Assembly: GCA_963667015.2 (NCBI GenBank)
Contig: CAXXJJ010000001.1
Location: 1,824,001 to 1,888,000 of the forward strand
Source of the DNA: Desulfatiglandales bacterium
Lineage (GTDB): Bacteria; Desulfobacterota; DSM-4660; Desulfatiglandales; HGW-15
DNA: 64,000 nucleotides
Reading direction: 5' to 3'
Part shown: positions 1 to 10,676 of the stretch, in pieces
How positions within the stretch are numbered: position 1 is the first letter of the stretch
How the letters are laid out: each line of letters starts with the position of its first letter
Position numbers and translations under genes: made by a program
Notes under the pieces: model-generated
The model's input: only the letters and a program-made list of their open reading frames with translations
The model's database searches: none
What the model was told of the DNA's origin: nothing

Positions 1-648
1 CTGCCTGAATTTTACCTTGCTCCTTAATTCAGGTACAACCCGGACAAGATTATTTTGAGAGTTTTTACTTCTGAGAAAATATTTTTTTCTCAGACTTACC
101 GGAACAGGTTCTATTTCATCGTGGTCATAAATGGCCTTCTGGGCAATTTCTATTACATCCAGTGATATGTCAGTTCCCAGTATGAAATAGTCAAGATTCA
201 AACCTGGATACCTGCGACGGAATTCATCCAGAACGATCGCAATGGTATAGGCCTCATTTCCTCTTGAGCTGGCGGAACTCCATATATTGAGTTTTCTGCC
301 CAGTCCGGATCCTTTTTGGGCAACCAGCTCGGGAATCACCCTCTGGACCAGATACTCAAAATGATCAGGTTCTCGGAAAAAATCTGTTTTATGAGTAGTA
401 ATAACATCAATGAAGTATTTTAGCTCCTGCTCCAATCCCTGATCACTGAATAAATAATCACAGTAATCGCTGAAGTTATTAATCCTGAGCAATTTAAGCC
501 TTTTCCTCAGGCGTGATTCTACCATTGTTATTTTGCTCAATGGCATTTTTATGCCCATATTGGAGTGAATAAAATGACTTAATCGTGAAAAAACATTCTC
601 CGATAACCTGTCAGAATAATAACCGTCTCCGGATGATCTGTTCTTCAT
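1..648 (-). CDS. cheR: Chemotaxis methyltransferase CheR (3' end runs off the window; not in ORF track)
   Basis: Manual translation from ATG 648: ...MGIKMPLSKITMVESRLRKRL...DVITTHKTDFFREPDHF...NIWSSASSRGNEAYTIAI...ILGTDIS, which are CheR motifs; directly downstream of the MCP. Confidence 0.93.
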   Translation of the reverse strand, partial: MKNRSSGDGYYSDRLSENVFSRLSHFIHSNMGIKMPLSKITMVESRLRKRLKLLRINNFSDYCDYLFSDQGLEQELKYFIDVITTHKTDFFREPDHFEYLVQRVIPELVAQKGSGLGRKLNIWSSASSRGNEAYTIAIVLDEFRRRYPGLNLDYFILGTDISLDVIEIAQKAIYDHDEIEPVPVSLRKKYFLRSKNSQNNLVRVVPELRSKVKFRQ

Positions 649-684
649 TTTAACCTGCCAATTGTGGAATCTGAATTTGCCTGG

Positions 685-2610
685 TTAATATTGTTCAAAC
701 TCATCATCGATGATATCTCCCGAAAAATCTGAATTGTCATCCAGTACTATATTAACGCCTTCCTTTTTTTTGTTGTTTCCATTATGTGTTTTAGCAATTT
801 TTTTAGAAGGGTTGCCTGTAATTAATTTATTAGCGGGTTTTCCAGTATGGGCTATCTGCATGACTTTGTGTTTTTTTAATCCACCGCTGTTAACTGATGA
901 TTCATCCAGTTTGAAAAAGCCGATAGTGTCCCTGAGTTGTTCAGCCTGTGCAGCCAGTTCTTCAGATGTGGCAGACATCTCCTCACATGCAGATGCATTT
1001 TGCTGTATAACCTGATCGAGCTGAAGGAGAGCCTGATTGATCTGCTCTGCTCCTGAATTCTGTTCAGTTGAGGCGGCGTTTATCTCCTGTACAAGCTCAG
1101 CTGTCTTCCTTATATCCGGGACGATCTTGTTTAGCATGGAGCCGGCATTTTCAGCTATCTCAACGCTGGTAGTGGAAAGATTGCTTATTTCGCCTGCAGC
1201 AATCTGGCTTCGTTCTGCGAGTTTCCGTACCGCGTCTGCGACTACTGCGAATCCTTTTCCATGTTCGCCTGCCCTGGCAGCTTCAATAGCTGCATTTAAA
1301 GCAAGCATATTTGTCTGTCGGGCAATCTCTTCAATGATTGATATTTTTTCAGCTATCTGCTTCATGGCTACTACTGTTTCTTGAACCGCCTTTCCACCAT
1401 TTTCAGCATCATCTGCTGCCTGCATGGATATCCTTTCGGTTTGCTGTGCATTGTCAGCATTCTGTCTGATATTTGCGGACATCTGTTCCATTGAAGATGA
1501 TGCCTGTTCAGCTGAAGCTGCCTGTTCGGTTGCGCCCTGAGACATTTCTTCTGTGCTTGTACTCAGTTCCTGACTTCCTGCGGCGACGTTATCAGAGGCC
1601 ATTTTGACCGATGAAACAACATCCCGGAGGTTAGTAATCAGGGTATTGATGCTGTCAACAATCTGGCCGATTTCATCATTTTTTTCAGCCTTAATCTCAA
1701 TTGTAAGATCTCCATTGCTCATGAGCTCGAGTTTTTCCATGAGCATGCTAACCTGCCTTTCAAGATATTCTTTCTGGTCACTTGCCTCTTGCTGAAGCTT
1801 TTTAACTTCAGTTATATCGATTATTACTTCCATTCCTCCGTATGGTTCACCCTTTTCATCAAAGAGTGCTGAGCAGGCTGCATTTATTGGGATCTTATGA
1901 CCATCTCTGGCCTCAGCCACTGTTTCACCAAAAATTGTCTGTCTGGTACGCATACAACTCTTGATCGTACAGTTCTGGGTGCCGCATAGCGGTGTCTTGG
2001 AGAACTGGGCGCATGTCATTTTACCGACAACCTCTTCCCTGCTGTATCCCATTGCGGTTAATGCCGCATCATTAACAGAAGTGATCAGCAGGTTTTTATC
2101 GGTCGTAAACATGGATGCAGCAATTGAACCAAGAATATTGTCGGTCTCCCATTTTGCCTTAGTCACATCTGTCTGGTCTATAATAACTTCCATTCCTCCA
2201 TATGCCTCACCGTTATCATCAATAAGTGCTGAACAGGAAGCTTTGATGGGAATTTTATGACCATTTCTTGTCTCAGCAATCGTCTCCCCAACAATGATTT
2301 CTCCGCTGCTCATACAATTCTTGAGAGTACAGTTAGTTGTGCCGCATAAAGGAGTTTTTGAAAACTGGGCACAGGTCATTCTCCCAACCACTTCTTCTCG
2401 TGTGTAACCCATAGCTTTGAGAGCCTGGTCATTAATAAAAGTGATTGTCAGGTTTCTGTCCACCACGAACATCGGGGCAGCGATGGCTTTCATGATAGAT
2501 TCACAATAGATTGCCTTTTCATCCGTTTCAGCGAATTTAGATTCCAGCTCCTGAATTCTGCTGTGAAGTCCTTCATTTTCCTCTTTTAATACGTGATTAT
2601 TCCAAAACAT
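685..2610 (-). CDS. Soluble methyl-accepting chemotaxis protein (2x PAS, HAMP, MA domain)
   Basis: [30 protein letters not shown] hairpin; two internal PAS repeats; no TM helix; C-terminal EFEQY pentapeptide-like tail. Confidence 0.95.
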   Translation of the reverse strand: MFWNNHVLKEENEGLHSRIQELESKFAETDEKAIYCESIMKAIAAPMFVVDRNLTITFINDQALKAMGYTREEVVGRMTCAQFSKTPLCGTTNCTLKNCMSSGEIIVGETIAETRNGHKIPIKASCSALIDDNGEAYGGMEVIIDQTDVTKAKWETDNILGSIAASMFTTDKNLLITSVNDAALTAMGYSREEVVGKMTCAQFSKTPLCGTQNCTIKSCMRTRQTIFGETVAEARDGHKIPINAACSALFDEKGEPYGGMEVIIDITEVKKLQQEASDQKEYLERQVSMLMEKLELMSNGDLTIEIKAEKNDEIGQIVDSINTLITNLRDVVSSVKMASDNVAAGSQELSTSTEEMSQGATEQAASAEQASSSMEQMSANIRQNADNAQQTERISMQAADDAENGGKAVQETVVAMKQIAEKISIIEEIARQTNMLALNAAIEAARAGEHGKGFAVVADAVRKLAERSQIAAGEISNLSTTSVEIAENAGSMLNKIVPDIRKTAELVQEINAASTEQNSGAEQINQALLQLDQVIQQNASACEEMSATSEELAAQAEQLRDTIGFFKLDESSVNSGGLKKHKVMQIAHTGKPANKLITGNPSKKIAKTHNGNNKKKEGVNIVLDDNSDFSGDIIDDEFEQY

Positions 2611-2818
2611 ATCCCTTACCTCCTGGTAATTTAGTGGAACCCAGAGCGATGTAGCTGGAAAATATCAATATTGTGTTCCGGAATTCCCTGTTGTTAAAAT
2701 TAAATATTTTTATATCTACTATAGTTAATATTTCGATTTGCTGACATAATGCCTGAATTTTTATTAGTTTCTGTTTGTGCTGAATATTAAACATGAGCTA
2801 TTTATAGCCGCAGTCATG

Positions 2819-3370
2819 TTAAGCAGATGGAGATTTGTTTATTGTGCTCTCTGCCTGCTGCTGTGCTATAGCCTCTTTTATCGGGGCATCTTCTGCTGTC
2901 TGTAAAACAATAAGCTCATCAGAAGAAAAGACCTTGTCAATATCCAGAAGTATTATAAAGTTATCATTCTTTTTCCCCATCCCCTTTATGAATTCTGTTT
3001 TAAGTCTTGTTCCAATCCTTGGTGGAGGTTCGATGTTTTCCGGGTCAAGAGTCATGACTTCCTGTACCGAATCTGCAAGTGCACCGATTAGGGTTGTTTC
3101 TCCGTCAATGGTTATTTCCATGATGATAATGCATGTATCCACTGTCCTGTCTGTAGCCGGAAGTCCAAATTTCAAACGAAGATCCACAACCGGGACTACC
3201 CCTCCGCGAAGATTAATGACGCCGCTCATGAAGTCAGGCATTCTGGGGACTTTAGTAACTTCTGTGAAGTCCAGGACCTCCCGTACCTGCGATATGGCCA
3301 GGGCAAAAATCTCCTGGTCCAGATTGAATGACAGATATTGGCTTGTCTCTTTTATTCCTGTTACGCTCAT
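2819..3370 (-). CDS. cheW: CheW coupling protein
   Basis: VTKVPRMPDFMSGVINLRGGVVPVVDLR motif; operon context. Confidence 0.95.
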   Translation of the reverse strand: MSVTGIKETSQYLSFNLDQEIFALAISQVREVLDFTEVTKVPRMPDFMSGVINLRGGVVPVVDLRLKFGLPATDRTVDTCIIIMEITIDGETTLIGALADSVQEVMTLDPENIEPPPRIGTRLKTEFIKGMGKKNDNFIILLDIDKVFSSDELIVLQTAEDAPIKEAIAQQQAESTINKSPSA

Positions 3371-3407
3371 AGCATTGCTCCTCTTTTATTATTTTAATAT
3401 ATAAACA

Positions 3408-5501
3408 TTATATCATTGCGTTAACATCCAGTATCAGTGCAACTGTACCGTCACCAAGGATGGTTGCTCCTGATATCTCCTTCATATGTTTAAATGCCGG
3501 GCCAAGAGATTTTATTACTGTCTGATGCCCGCCAATAACATTGTCCACTACAAACCCGATTCTTCTGTCATGGACATCTGCTATAACAATATGTTCAAGG
3601 GATGGTCTCTCTTCTTTAATTTCAAAATGGTCTCTGAGGCGTATATATGGAACGATTTCGCCCCTTACATTAAGAATATTTGAACCATGGAATTCATCGA
3701 TGTTTTCACTGTTCAGTTCAACACATTCCTCCACCGATGCCAGTGGAAGTACATAGTTTACATCACATATGCTAACCAGAAGACCGCTAATGATTGCCAG
3801 CGTCAATGGAAGCTTCAGTGTAATTATTGATCCTTTTCCAGGAGTACTGTCTATTTCAATCAGCCCTCTTAAAGACTCAATAGTCCTTTTTACAACGTCC
3901 ATACCGACACCCCTGCCCGAGACATTTGTTATGGCATTGGCAGTTGAAAATCCCGGTGCAAAAATCAGTTCGAATATTTCTTTGTCGGTTAGATTTGCAT
4001 CCCTTTGTATTATGTCCTTTTCAATAGCCTTTTCCCTTATTGCCTCAACATGAAGCCCTGCACCGTCATCTTCAATAGTGATAACAACATGAGCCCCTTT
4101 GTGGGCGGCTGAAAGGCGAATGGTACCGGTTTCAGGCTTCCCCTTTTCTTTCCGCACTTCCGGTGATTCAATGCCATGGTCAATACTGTTTCGTATAAGA
4201 TGAACAAGAGGATCATCCAGTTTGTCAATGACTGTTTTATCAAGCTCTGTTTCTGCGCCTTCTGTCACCAGATCAATGCTTTTACCAAGCTCTGATGAAA
4301 GGTCTCTGACAAGACGTTTAAATTTACTGAATGTGGTGCCAATAGGCATCATACGGATACTCATGGTGTTGTCCCTGAGTTCGGCAGTGAGGCGTTCTAT
4401 TTCTTCTGCTATTGATAAAAGTTCGGCGTGGTCCATATTTGAAGAAAACTGGGACAGCCTCGCCTGTACGGTCACAAGTTCACCAACCAGGTCAACCATG
4501 GTATCGAGTTTATCAGAGGCGACTCTCAGACTGGCTGAGCCCTTTTCTTCCCGGCGTTTTTCTTTGATCTTTTTAAGCTGGTTCTGCTCTGCCAGAGCTG
4601 ATTCAATAGTCTCTGGATCTATTTTGTTAGATTCTACCAGAAGTTCTCCAATACGCTTCTGCCCATTGAGGACATCATTTATTTCTTCATCCGAAATATC
4701 ATGTCTTTCTACCAGAATCTCCCCAAGTTTTTTCGACTCTTCATCCTCCTCAGAATAAGGATCTTCATCAATGATATCTATGGAAAGATCGCAGTTGTCC
4801 TCGACAAAAATAAATACGTCTTTTATATCTTCGGGAAATACGTTGGTTGTAAGAATAATATCCCAGATAAAATAACATTCTTCAGGATTCAGTTTATCTA
4901 TAGCCGGGATATTCTTGAATTGAGGTGTAATCTGGTGATCGCCAAACTCCTTTAATTCTTCAACTAACATTGCCGGGTCAGTTCCGGTCAGGAAGATGTC
5001 ATTATGCGGCTTAAAACGTATACGATATGTAACATTACTTTCATTCTCTTTTAATGTGGTTTTTTTTGTGTTGATGAATTCAGCCTGTTTAATTATTTTA
5101 TCATCTGTTAGAGATAGAAATGTTTTCAACGCAGAGACAAGGCTGTATTCATATTCCATGTCAATTTCATCATCATTGGAAGTACAATCAAGAATCGTCT
5201 TGATATGGTCCTTTGAACTTAGAATCAGATCGATCAGTTCCTTGGTGACCGGAAGTACACCATCCCTCACCCTGTCGAGTACTGTTTCTAGCGTATGTGT
5301 GAAATTGACGACTTTATCAAAACCGAACATTGCTCCCGAGCCTTTTATTGTGTGAACGGCCCTGAACAGTCGATTGAGAATCTCCCTGTCACCGGGATTC
5401 TCTTCAATTTCCAGAACAGTTTCTTCAATTTCAGCCAGCAGTTCATCTGCTTCCTGTCTGTATACTTCGATGAAATTTTGCGTATCGCTCATTTTACTCA
5501 C
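3408..5501 (-). CDS. cheA: CheA histidine kinase
   Basis: Hpt LFRAVHTIKGS, HLIRNSIDHGIE, VSGRGVGMDVV, C-terminal CheW-like domain. Confidence 0.97.
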   Translation of the reverse strand: MSKMSDTQNFIEVYRQEADELLAEIEETVLEIEENPGDREILNRLFRAVHTIKGSGAMFGFDKVVNFTHTLETVLDRVRDGVLPVTKELIDLILSSKDHIKTILDCTSNDDEIDMEYEYSLVSALKTFLSLTDDKIIKQAEFINTKKTTLKENESNVTYRIRFKPHNDIFLTGTDPAMLVEELKEFGDHQITPQFKNIPAIDKLNPEECYFIWDIILTTNVFPEDIKDVFIFVEDNCDLSIDIIDEDPYSEEDEESKKLGEILVERHDISDEEINDVLNGQKRIGELLVESNKIDPETIESALAEQNQLKKIKEKRREEKGSASLRVASDKLDTMVDLVGELVTVQARLSQFSSNMDHAELLSIAEEIERLTAELRDNTMSIRMMPIGTTFSKFKRLVRDLSSELGKSIDLVTEGAETELDKTVIDKLDDPLVHLIRNSIDHGIESPEVRKEKGKPETGTIRLSAAHKGAHVVITIEDDGAGLHVEAIREKAIEKDIIQRDANLTDKEIFELIFAPGFSTANAITNVSGRGVGMDVVKRTIESLRGLIEIDSTPGKGSIITLKLPLTLAIISGLLVSICDVNYVLPLASVEECVELNSENIDEFHGSNILNVRGEIVPYIRLRDHFEIKEERPSLEHIVIADVHDRRIGFVVDNVIGGHQTVIKSLGPAFKHMKEISGATILGDGTVALILDVNAMI

Positions 5502-5549
5502 CTTTTATTCCGGTCTGATGCTCTGGTATAGATTGCATAATATTTATGG

Positions 5550-5918
5550 CTATTGCCTTAACACCTTTTTTATAACCGCGAGTAACTGATCCGGTTTGAA
5601 AGGCTTTACTATCCATCCTGTAGCCCCGGCAGCCTTACCTTCCTGTTTTTTTTCATCCTGTGATTCGGTGGTTAACATCAATATGGGAATGAATTTGTAT
5701 TGAGGTTTAGAGCGTAATTCCCTGATAAGTTCAATGCCATCCATATTGGGCATATTGAGATCCGTAATCATCATGTCTATAGTTGTCCTATCAAGCTGGG
5801 AAATGGCATCCCTGCCGTCTATTGCTTCAAGAACTTCAAATCCTGCACGTTTTAGTGTGAAACCAACCATTTGTCTTATGCTGTTCGAATCATCTACTGT
5901 CATTATTGTTTTTGACAT
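5550..5918 (-). CDS. cheY: CheY single-domain response regulator
   Basis: VDD, TDLNMP, LTTES, KPF receiver motifs; next to cheA. Confidence 0.95.
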   Translation of the reverse strand: MSKTIMTVDDSNSIRQMVGFTLKRAGFEVLEAIDGRDAISQLDRTTIDMMITDLNMPNMDGIELIRELRSKPQYKFIPILMLTTESQDEKKQEGKAAGATGWIVKPFKPDQLLAVIKKVLRQ

Positions 5919-5942
5919 GCGTTTCTCCTGTATTGCTGTTTA

Positions 5943-6242
5943 TCAACCCTTATCAGTAATAAGGTTCAGGGACATGGACATCCTCTCCAGGGCACTGATA
6001 ACAGCATCAGATGGATTAATAAGCGAAATTTCCTTTCCGGCGTCGAGGCAGCTTTTTTTTAACGAGTAAAGCAACTGTATGCCTGCAGTGTCACAGTCAG
6101 TAATGTCTTTTAAATCAATTTCTATGCTGTCATACTGTTCATATGCTTCCTTGATTTTTTCATGAATCGAAGCTGCATTAAAGATAGATAGAGATGTGTC
6201 TATTTCGATATTATTTTTATTGATTTGTTTTTTTCTTCCCAT
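5943..6242 (-). CDS. STAS domain protein
   Basis: IDLKDITDCDTAGIQLL STAS motif; usual position upstream of cheY. Confidence 0.85.
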   Translation of the reverse strand: MGRKKQINKNNIEIDTSLSIFNAASIHEKIKEAYEQYDSIEIDLKDITDCDTAGIQLLYSLKKSCLDAGKEISLINPSDAVISALERMSMSLNLITDKG

Positions 6243-6281
6243 AGCAACTCCTTTCAGGTGTTTTGAAAAATTCGGAAATAA

Positions 6282-8102
6282 TTAAAAAAGGTCAATGTTG
6301 TCCCCGAGATAATCCTCTTCGTTATTTTCAGGAGCATTTATATTTTCACTATCTGCATCTTTTTGAGATTCTGAAGATGCTGAGTCTTTTTTGAGTGCCT
6401 TGTTATGTATTCCTCTTTCTATTTCCATTGTATATCTTTCGCTTAGATGCTCAAGATCACTACCGGTAATGCTATCCTCCGGAATATATGGCGTAATTTT
6501 TTCTATGATTTTATTGATGTTTTTTCGCTGGCTGGAGAGAGTGTCTTCCATGCTCCTGAGAAATTCCAGTTCTGATTCCAGGTGGAATATCTTTGCTCTG
6601 AGCAGTTTTGACTGTTCGACAGACAGAGAGGATTTTTGCATAAAATCGTTATATACAGCCGATATCATGTCGACACTGTTCGAAAGATTATCCTTATGCA
6701 TCTCATCATCGTGTAGATGGTCATCTTTTTCTTCAGAAAGATGTTTCAGGTTTGCTGTGAGTTCACCGATTGCCTTTAAAATCTCCACAACATCAAGAAC
6801 AAAATCATTTGAATCAAGTGACACCGCTGTGACATCTTCAGCCAATACGGATAAGGTTTTACCCTCCGCTCCCAGTCTTTTGGACATGATAAGTGCATTT
6901 ATTGCCTTAATATGCAGGTCCATGCCGATATCTTCCATTTCTGTAAGATGGCCGGCCAGATTTTCAGCCGACGCTGCCGACTGTCTGAGGTTTCGGTCTA
7001 TCATTCCTGCCATTTCCCTGCCCTGTGATATGATTTTATCCAGTTGATTCAGGCCGGATATCAGTTGTTCGAAAGGATTTCCTGTATATTGGGTACCATC
7101 AGTGTTTTCACTGAGGTCGATCATCCCGTTAACGAGACTTTCAACCTCGTTGCCTATTTCATGGAAGGATCTCTGTATCTTGTTATGGGCATCATGTATT
7201 TCTCTGGTAACCTGATTTATCTGTTCAGCCTGCAGGCTTAATATGGAATAGGCTTTTGCCAGTGAGACTGTCTGATTTTCATTGGAAATAGATTCACCAT
7301 CCGTATCTTCAATAAAAAAAGAACTGACTTCTTTAAGGGTCTCAACGACATGTTCAATCTGCTGTCGTACTATGTCATGAAACTGTATAGCTACAACCAC
7401 TTCACCGACCAGGGAAGATATCTTTTTTGAATGTATTTCTGCACGGCGCATTGTTTTTAATGCCAGCTTAATCAGGCCTTCCATGTGGTGAACATTGTCT
7501 TCAACAGAGCGATGCGCATTGTCAGCCAGAGAATTTAATATTTCTTTTCTTTCTGCAATGCTTGAAAAGTCGGCGATCTGGCTTGTTTTGGCCTTTTCAG
7601 AATCATCGCGGATTTTTACGGAGATTTCATGAACTTTGCCGGCAAGCTGTTTTATTTCCTCCACAAAAAAGTTGAACATTTCTTCGCATTCTCTACTCCT
7701 GCTGCTCTCCATTGATATATGAAGAGCGACGATGTTCAATTTTTTAGCAATCGTTCTGATAACAGGGCACATATCATAAAGCCGCTTTAGATTAACTGAA
7801 CAAGTTTCAACCTTGGGTAATATATTTGAAACATCCTCTTTGCTGGCGTTCAGTCTGGAGAGTGATGAGCGGGAAAAATCACCTATATTGCTAAGAATAT
7901 TGTCGTTGGACTCACCATCTATCAGCATCGCAGTTTCTCTGCTAAGCTCAGTAAGCCCTTCGGCGCCTGAGTATATATCCTGCAGACTGTTTCCAAGATT
8001 TACAAATTGCGGTTCACTTTCTGTTGACACCTCTACCAGAGGTGTTTCGAGTTCAGATATCCTGATTAAAGTCTCCTGGATTATCCGGGATATTTCATTC
8101 AT
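6282..8102 (-). CDS. Atypical soluble MCP-like coiled-coil chemotaxis protein
   Basis: Degenerate signalling hairpins and VVAIQFHDIVRQQIEHV motif; acidic tail ending IDLF. Confidence 0.75.
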   Translation of the reverse strand: MNEISRIIQETLIRISELETPLVEVSTESEPQFVNLGNSLQDIYSGAEGLTELSRETAMLIDGESNDNILSNIGDFSRSSLSRLNASKEDVSNILPKVETCSVNLKRLYDMCPVIRTIAKKLNIVALHISMESSRSRECEEMFNFFVEEIKQLAGKVHEISVKIRDDSEKAKTSQIADFSSIAERKEILNSLADNAHRSVEDNVHHMEGLIKLALKTMRRAEIHSKKISSLVGEVVVAIQFHDIVRQQIEHVVETLKEVSSFFIEDTDGESISNENQTVSLAKAYSILSLQAEQINQVTREIHDAHNKIQRSFHEIGNEVESLVNGMIDLSENTDGTQYTGNPFEQLISGLNQLDKIISQGREMAGMIDRNLRQSAASAENLAGHLTEMEDIGMDLHIKAINALIMSKRLGAEGKTLSVLAEDVTAVSLDSNDFVLDVVEILKAIGELTANLKHLSEEKDDHLHDDEMHKDNLSNSVDMISAVYNDFMQKSSLSVEQSKLLRAKIFHLESELEFLRSMEDTLSSQRKNINKIIEKITPYIPEDSITGSDLEHLSERYTMEIERGIHNKALKKDSASSESQKDADSENINAPENNEEDYLGDNIDLF

Positions 8103-8186
8103 TTGTTACCTCTGTCGCTTGATAATGATATTTCACCCTGTGAAGCCTTTCTCTTTTTTCATTTTGTATAATTGTGCTAATGTGCA

Positions 8187-8600
8187 TCAGTTTAAAGCCG
8201 CATCGATTATGTTGTTCCCATGAATATTTTTTTCCATAAGCTGGATAATTTTTTTAAGGACAACAGTAACATCACTGAGATCACTGTCCGCATAGCTTAG
8301 GAATCTGGGATGAAGCTTATGGCCCATTGAAACAGTTTCTTCTGTCCTGTCAGGAAGTATAAGTATTATACGGATATCTTTAAGCAGGTTTTTCAGATTA
8401 AAAAGCGAGCGAAGATCATAAATATCCTCGGCAAGGATGATAGCCGCGCAATTAATGCGTACAAACTGACGAAGTCTTTCGGATAGATCTTCAGTGGTAT
8501 AATATATCTCAAGGTTTTCTTCAGGGAACTCTGTCTCAATGATTGCCTGGAGTTTCTCCGCAACGGTATTTTGGAGTGGTCTGTAGTATAACAAGGTCAT
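8187..8600 (-). CDS. Hypothetical protein, degenerate receiver-like fold (start 8600 preferred, SD GGGAG; ORF extends to 8651)
   Basis: Alternating beta/alpha pattern lacking the canonical DD and KP motifs; first gene of the che operon. Confidence 0.55.
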   Translation of the reverse strand: MTLLYYRPLQNTVAEKLQAIIETEFPEENLEIYYTTEDLSERLRQFVRINCAAIILAEDIYDLRSLFNLKNLLKDIRIILILPDRTEETVSMGHKLHPRFLSYADSDLSDVTVVLKKIIQLMEKNIHGNNIIDAALN

Positions 8601-8680
8601 AGATTTGTTCTCCCTTTCAATAAATCCTCTTATCGGTTGCATTTCAGACATTATTCATTGTGATACATAGTTACTCCTAT

Positions 8681-8697
8681 ACCAAGAATTGTGCCAA
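8681..8697 (-). promoter_or_regulatory. Putative sigma54 promoter of the che operon (variant -12)
   Basis: Minus strand TTGGCACAATTCTTGGT: good -24 TGGCAC, but GG instead of GC at -12. Confidence 0.55.
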
Positions 8698-8770
8698 AGG
8701 TTAGTTATTGTAAAAAATCAGTAATAACAGTAATATAAATGGAATAAAGGGTGGAGGAGGAATATGGGAT

Positions 8771-8830
8771 AATCTAAAAAAACTGGATAATGTCCAGTAA
8801 AATAAGACGTTGTCCAGTGGTTTTGGACGG
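8771..8830. promoter_or_regulatory. Three tandem 20-bp imperfect palindromes, putative enhancer (UAS)
   Basis: aatctaaaaaaactggataa / tgtccagtaaaataagacgt / tgtccagtggttttggacgg with exact 20-bp period. Confidence 0.55.
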
Positions 8831-8904
8831 TTTTGAGAATGTATAAGAGGTTCGGGTGACTTAGCAAAGAATGACTGAAACTTATAAATGATAGCTGTTA
8901 AATA

Positions 8905-10323
8905 TCAATATGCGCGTGAGATGCCGTATGTCTTCATCAAACCATATAAGCGTGCTCTGCCCAGGCCGGCGATTCGACAGGCTTCTTTAATGTCTCCCTT
9001 TGTAACTGAAAGCAGTTCCCGAAGATATTTTTTTTCATTTTCATAAATAATATTTTCCCTGAATTCCTTTATAGTGGGAATTACCTGAGATAAGGTCCTG
9101 TTACTTTTAATATTCTCACTACTGATAATTTTATAAGGGTTATCGGATATAGTTGAACGGGCTAAATTTATCCGAATCTGGTCGGACAGGTGTTTCGGGA
9201 ACAGGGTAGGCTCATATCGGGCCTTGCTTATAGCACCTTCCAGCGCATTAACAAGTTCTCTCACATTCCCCGGCCAGTTGTAGACTTCAAGTGTTTTGAT
9301 AAATTCGGGAGAAAATCCTTTTGTACCAATCCTTTCACGTTCACAGGATTTGCTGATAACGTGCATGGCAAGCTCTTTTATATCCTGAACCCTCTCCCTC
9401 AGGGGGGGCAGACAGATGGGGAGAGACTGTATTCGAAACAGGAGATCCTGTCTGAATTTATGCTCTGTAATCATTTGATCAAGGTTTCGGTTTGTCGCCG
9501 CGACAAGTCTGAAATCACTTTTGATTTCCTCTTTTCCTCCAACAGGCCTGAATTTCCTTTCCTGCAGCACCCTCAGAAATGTTTTCTGAACAGATATCGG
9601 GAGTTCACCTATTTCATCAAGAAAAAGGGTGCCGTTGTCTGCCTGTTTTATGAGTCCTTCTTTATCACGATCAGCACCTGTAAATGCTCCTCTTACATGG
9701 CCAAAGAGCGTGCTTTCCACAAGTGTCTCGGGAAGTGCTGCGCAGTCAACAATAACAAAGTTGTTATCTCTGCGGGAGCTGTTGTCGTGTATTGCCGAGG
9801 CAAAAAGCTCTTTGCCCGTTCCTGTCTCACCGGTGATAAGGACATTTACGTCACTTAAGGCCGCCTGGGCCACCTGGTCAAGACAGTGCCTGATCTTTGC
9901 ACATTCACCGATAATGCCTTCCCTCTTTAATACAATAGAGCTGCTCGCAACCTTTTTTTCTTCCCTGTACTGGAGCGCCCTTGTGAGGGGAAGGGTCATG
10001 CTTTCAATAGAGAGGGGTTTTTCAATATAATCCCATGCACCGTTTTTTATTGCCAGTTCCGCGCCATCAGGATCTCCTTCCCCGGTCATTATTATGACCT
10101 CAGGATAGGAAGGATTACTCCTTAGTTTTGGAAGCAGACTGAGGCCGTTTCCATCCGGCAGGTTCACATCAAGGAGTATTACATCAAATGATTGGGTAAG
10201 TGCCTTTGCCTGGCCATCAATAATCGAATAGACGTATTCTGATTCATGGCCCATTCGGTTTATTGCCGCATGCAGTGATGTACAGATTGCCTTATCATCA
10301 TCAATTATTAATATTTTCGCCAT
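8905..10323 (-). CDS. Sigma54-dependent response regulator (NtrC/AtoC family)
   Basis: Receiver, GETGTGKE Walker A, GAFTGA, LFLDEIGE, WPGNVREL, C-terminal HTH. Confidence 0.96.
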   Translation of the reverse strand: MAKILIIDDDKAICTSLHAAINRMGHESEYVYSIIDGQAKALTQSFDVILLDVNLPDGNGLSLLPKLRSNPSYPEVIIMTGEGDPDGAELAIKNGAWDYIEKPLSIESMTLPLTRALQYREEKKVASSSIVLKREGIIGECAKIRHCLDQVAQAALSDVNVLITGETGTGKELFASAIHDNSSRRDNNFVIVDCAALPETLVESTLFGHVRGAFTGADRDKEGLIKQADNGTLFLDEIGELPISVQKTFLRVLQERKFRPVGGKEEIKSDFRLVAATNRNLDQMITEHKFRQDLLFRIQSLPICLPPLRERVQDIKELAMHVISKSCERERIGTKGFSPEFIKTLEVYNWPGNVRELVNALEGAISKARYEPTLFPKHLSDQIRINLARSTISDNPYKIISSENIKSNRTLSQVIPTIKEFRENIIYENEKKYLRELLSVTKGDIKEACRIAGLGRARLYGLMKTYGISRAY

Positions 10324-10389
10324 TGGTTAATTTCTTTTTTGAGGTTTTATATATTAATAAATCATCTCGTTGGAACGTATTGTTTTTAT

Positions 10390-10406
10390 AGCATGTTTCG
10401 TGCCAA
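10390..10406 (-). promoter_or_regulatory. Sigma54 promoter (-24/-12)
   Basis: Minus strand TTGGCACGAAACATGCT, an exact GG-N10-GC, about 70 bp upstream of the regulator start. Confidence 0.75.
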
Positions 10407-10676
10407 TGCCCTCTGCCAAAACCCTTATGGGGCATGGTTTTGGCGATAAGATGCCATCAAATGACTCAAAATGTTCTGTTTCCCGTGTATGCCGGGAATT
10501 CTGAAGAAATAACAGCCGAAACAGGAAGTAATCTTCAGGTGAAAAACAGGGTTTCAGACCCTGAATCCGGCTTTTATAATTCGGAAAATGACAAAATCAA
10601 GAGGCCTTCCTGTATGGTTGTCAGATTATTGACAATATTTGCTGTTTTTAGGGTGTGTTAGATAATGATATTAATA

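Noticed and set aside
710..8223. Many antisense ORFs over the che genes (and similar ones elsewhere)
   Set aside because: Shadow frames of well-supported genes, with no motifs.
8651..8668. Five-codon uORF MYHNE with SD
   Set aside because: The SD would lie upstream of the predicted sigma54 start site; no other support.
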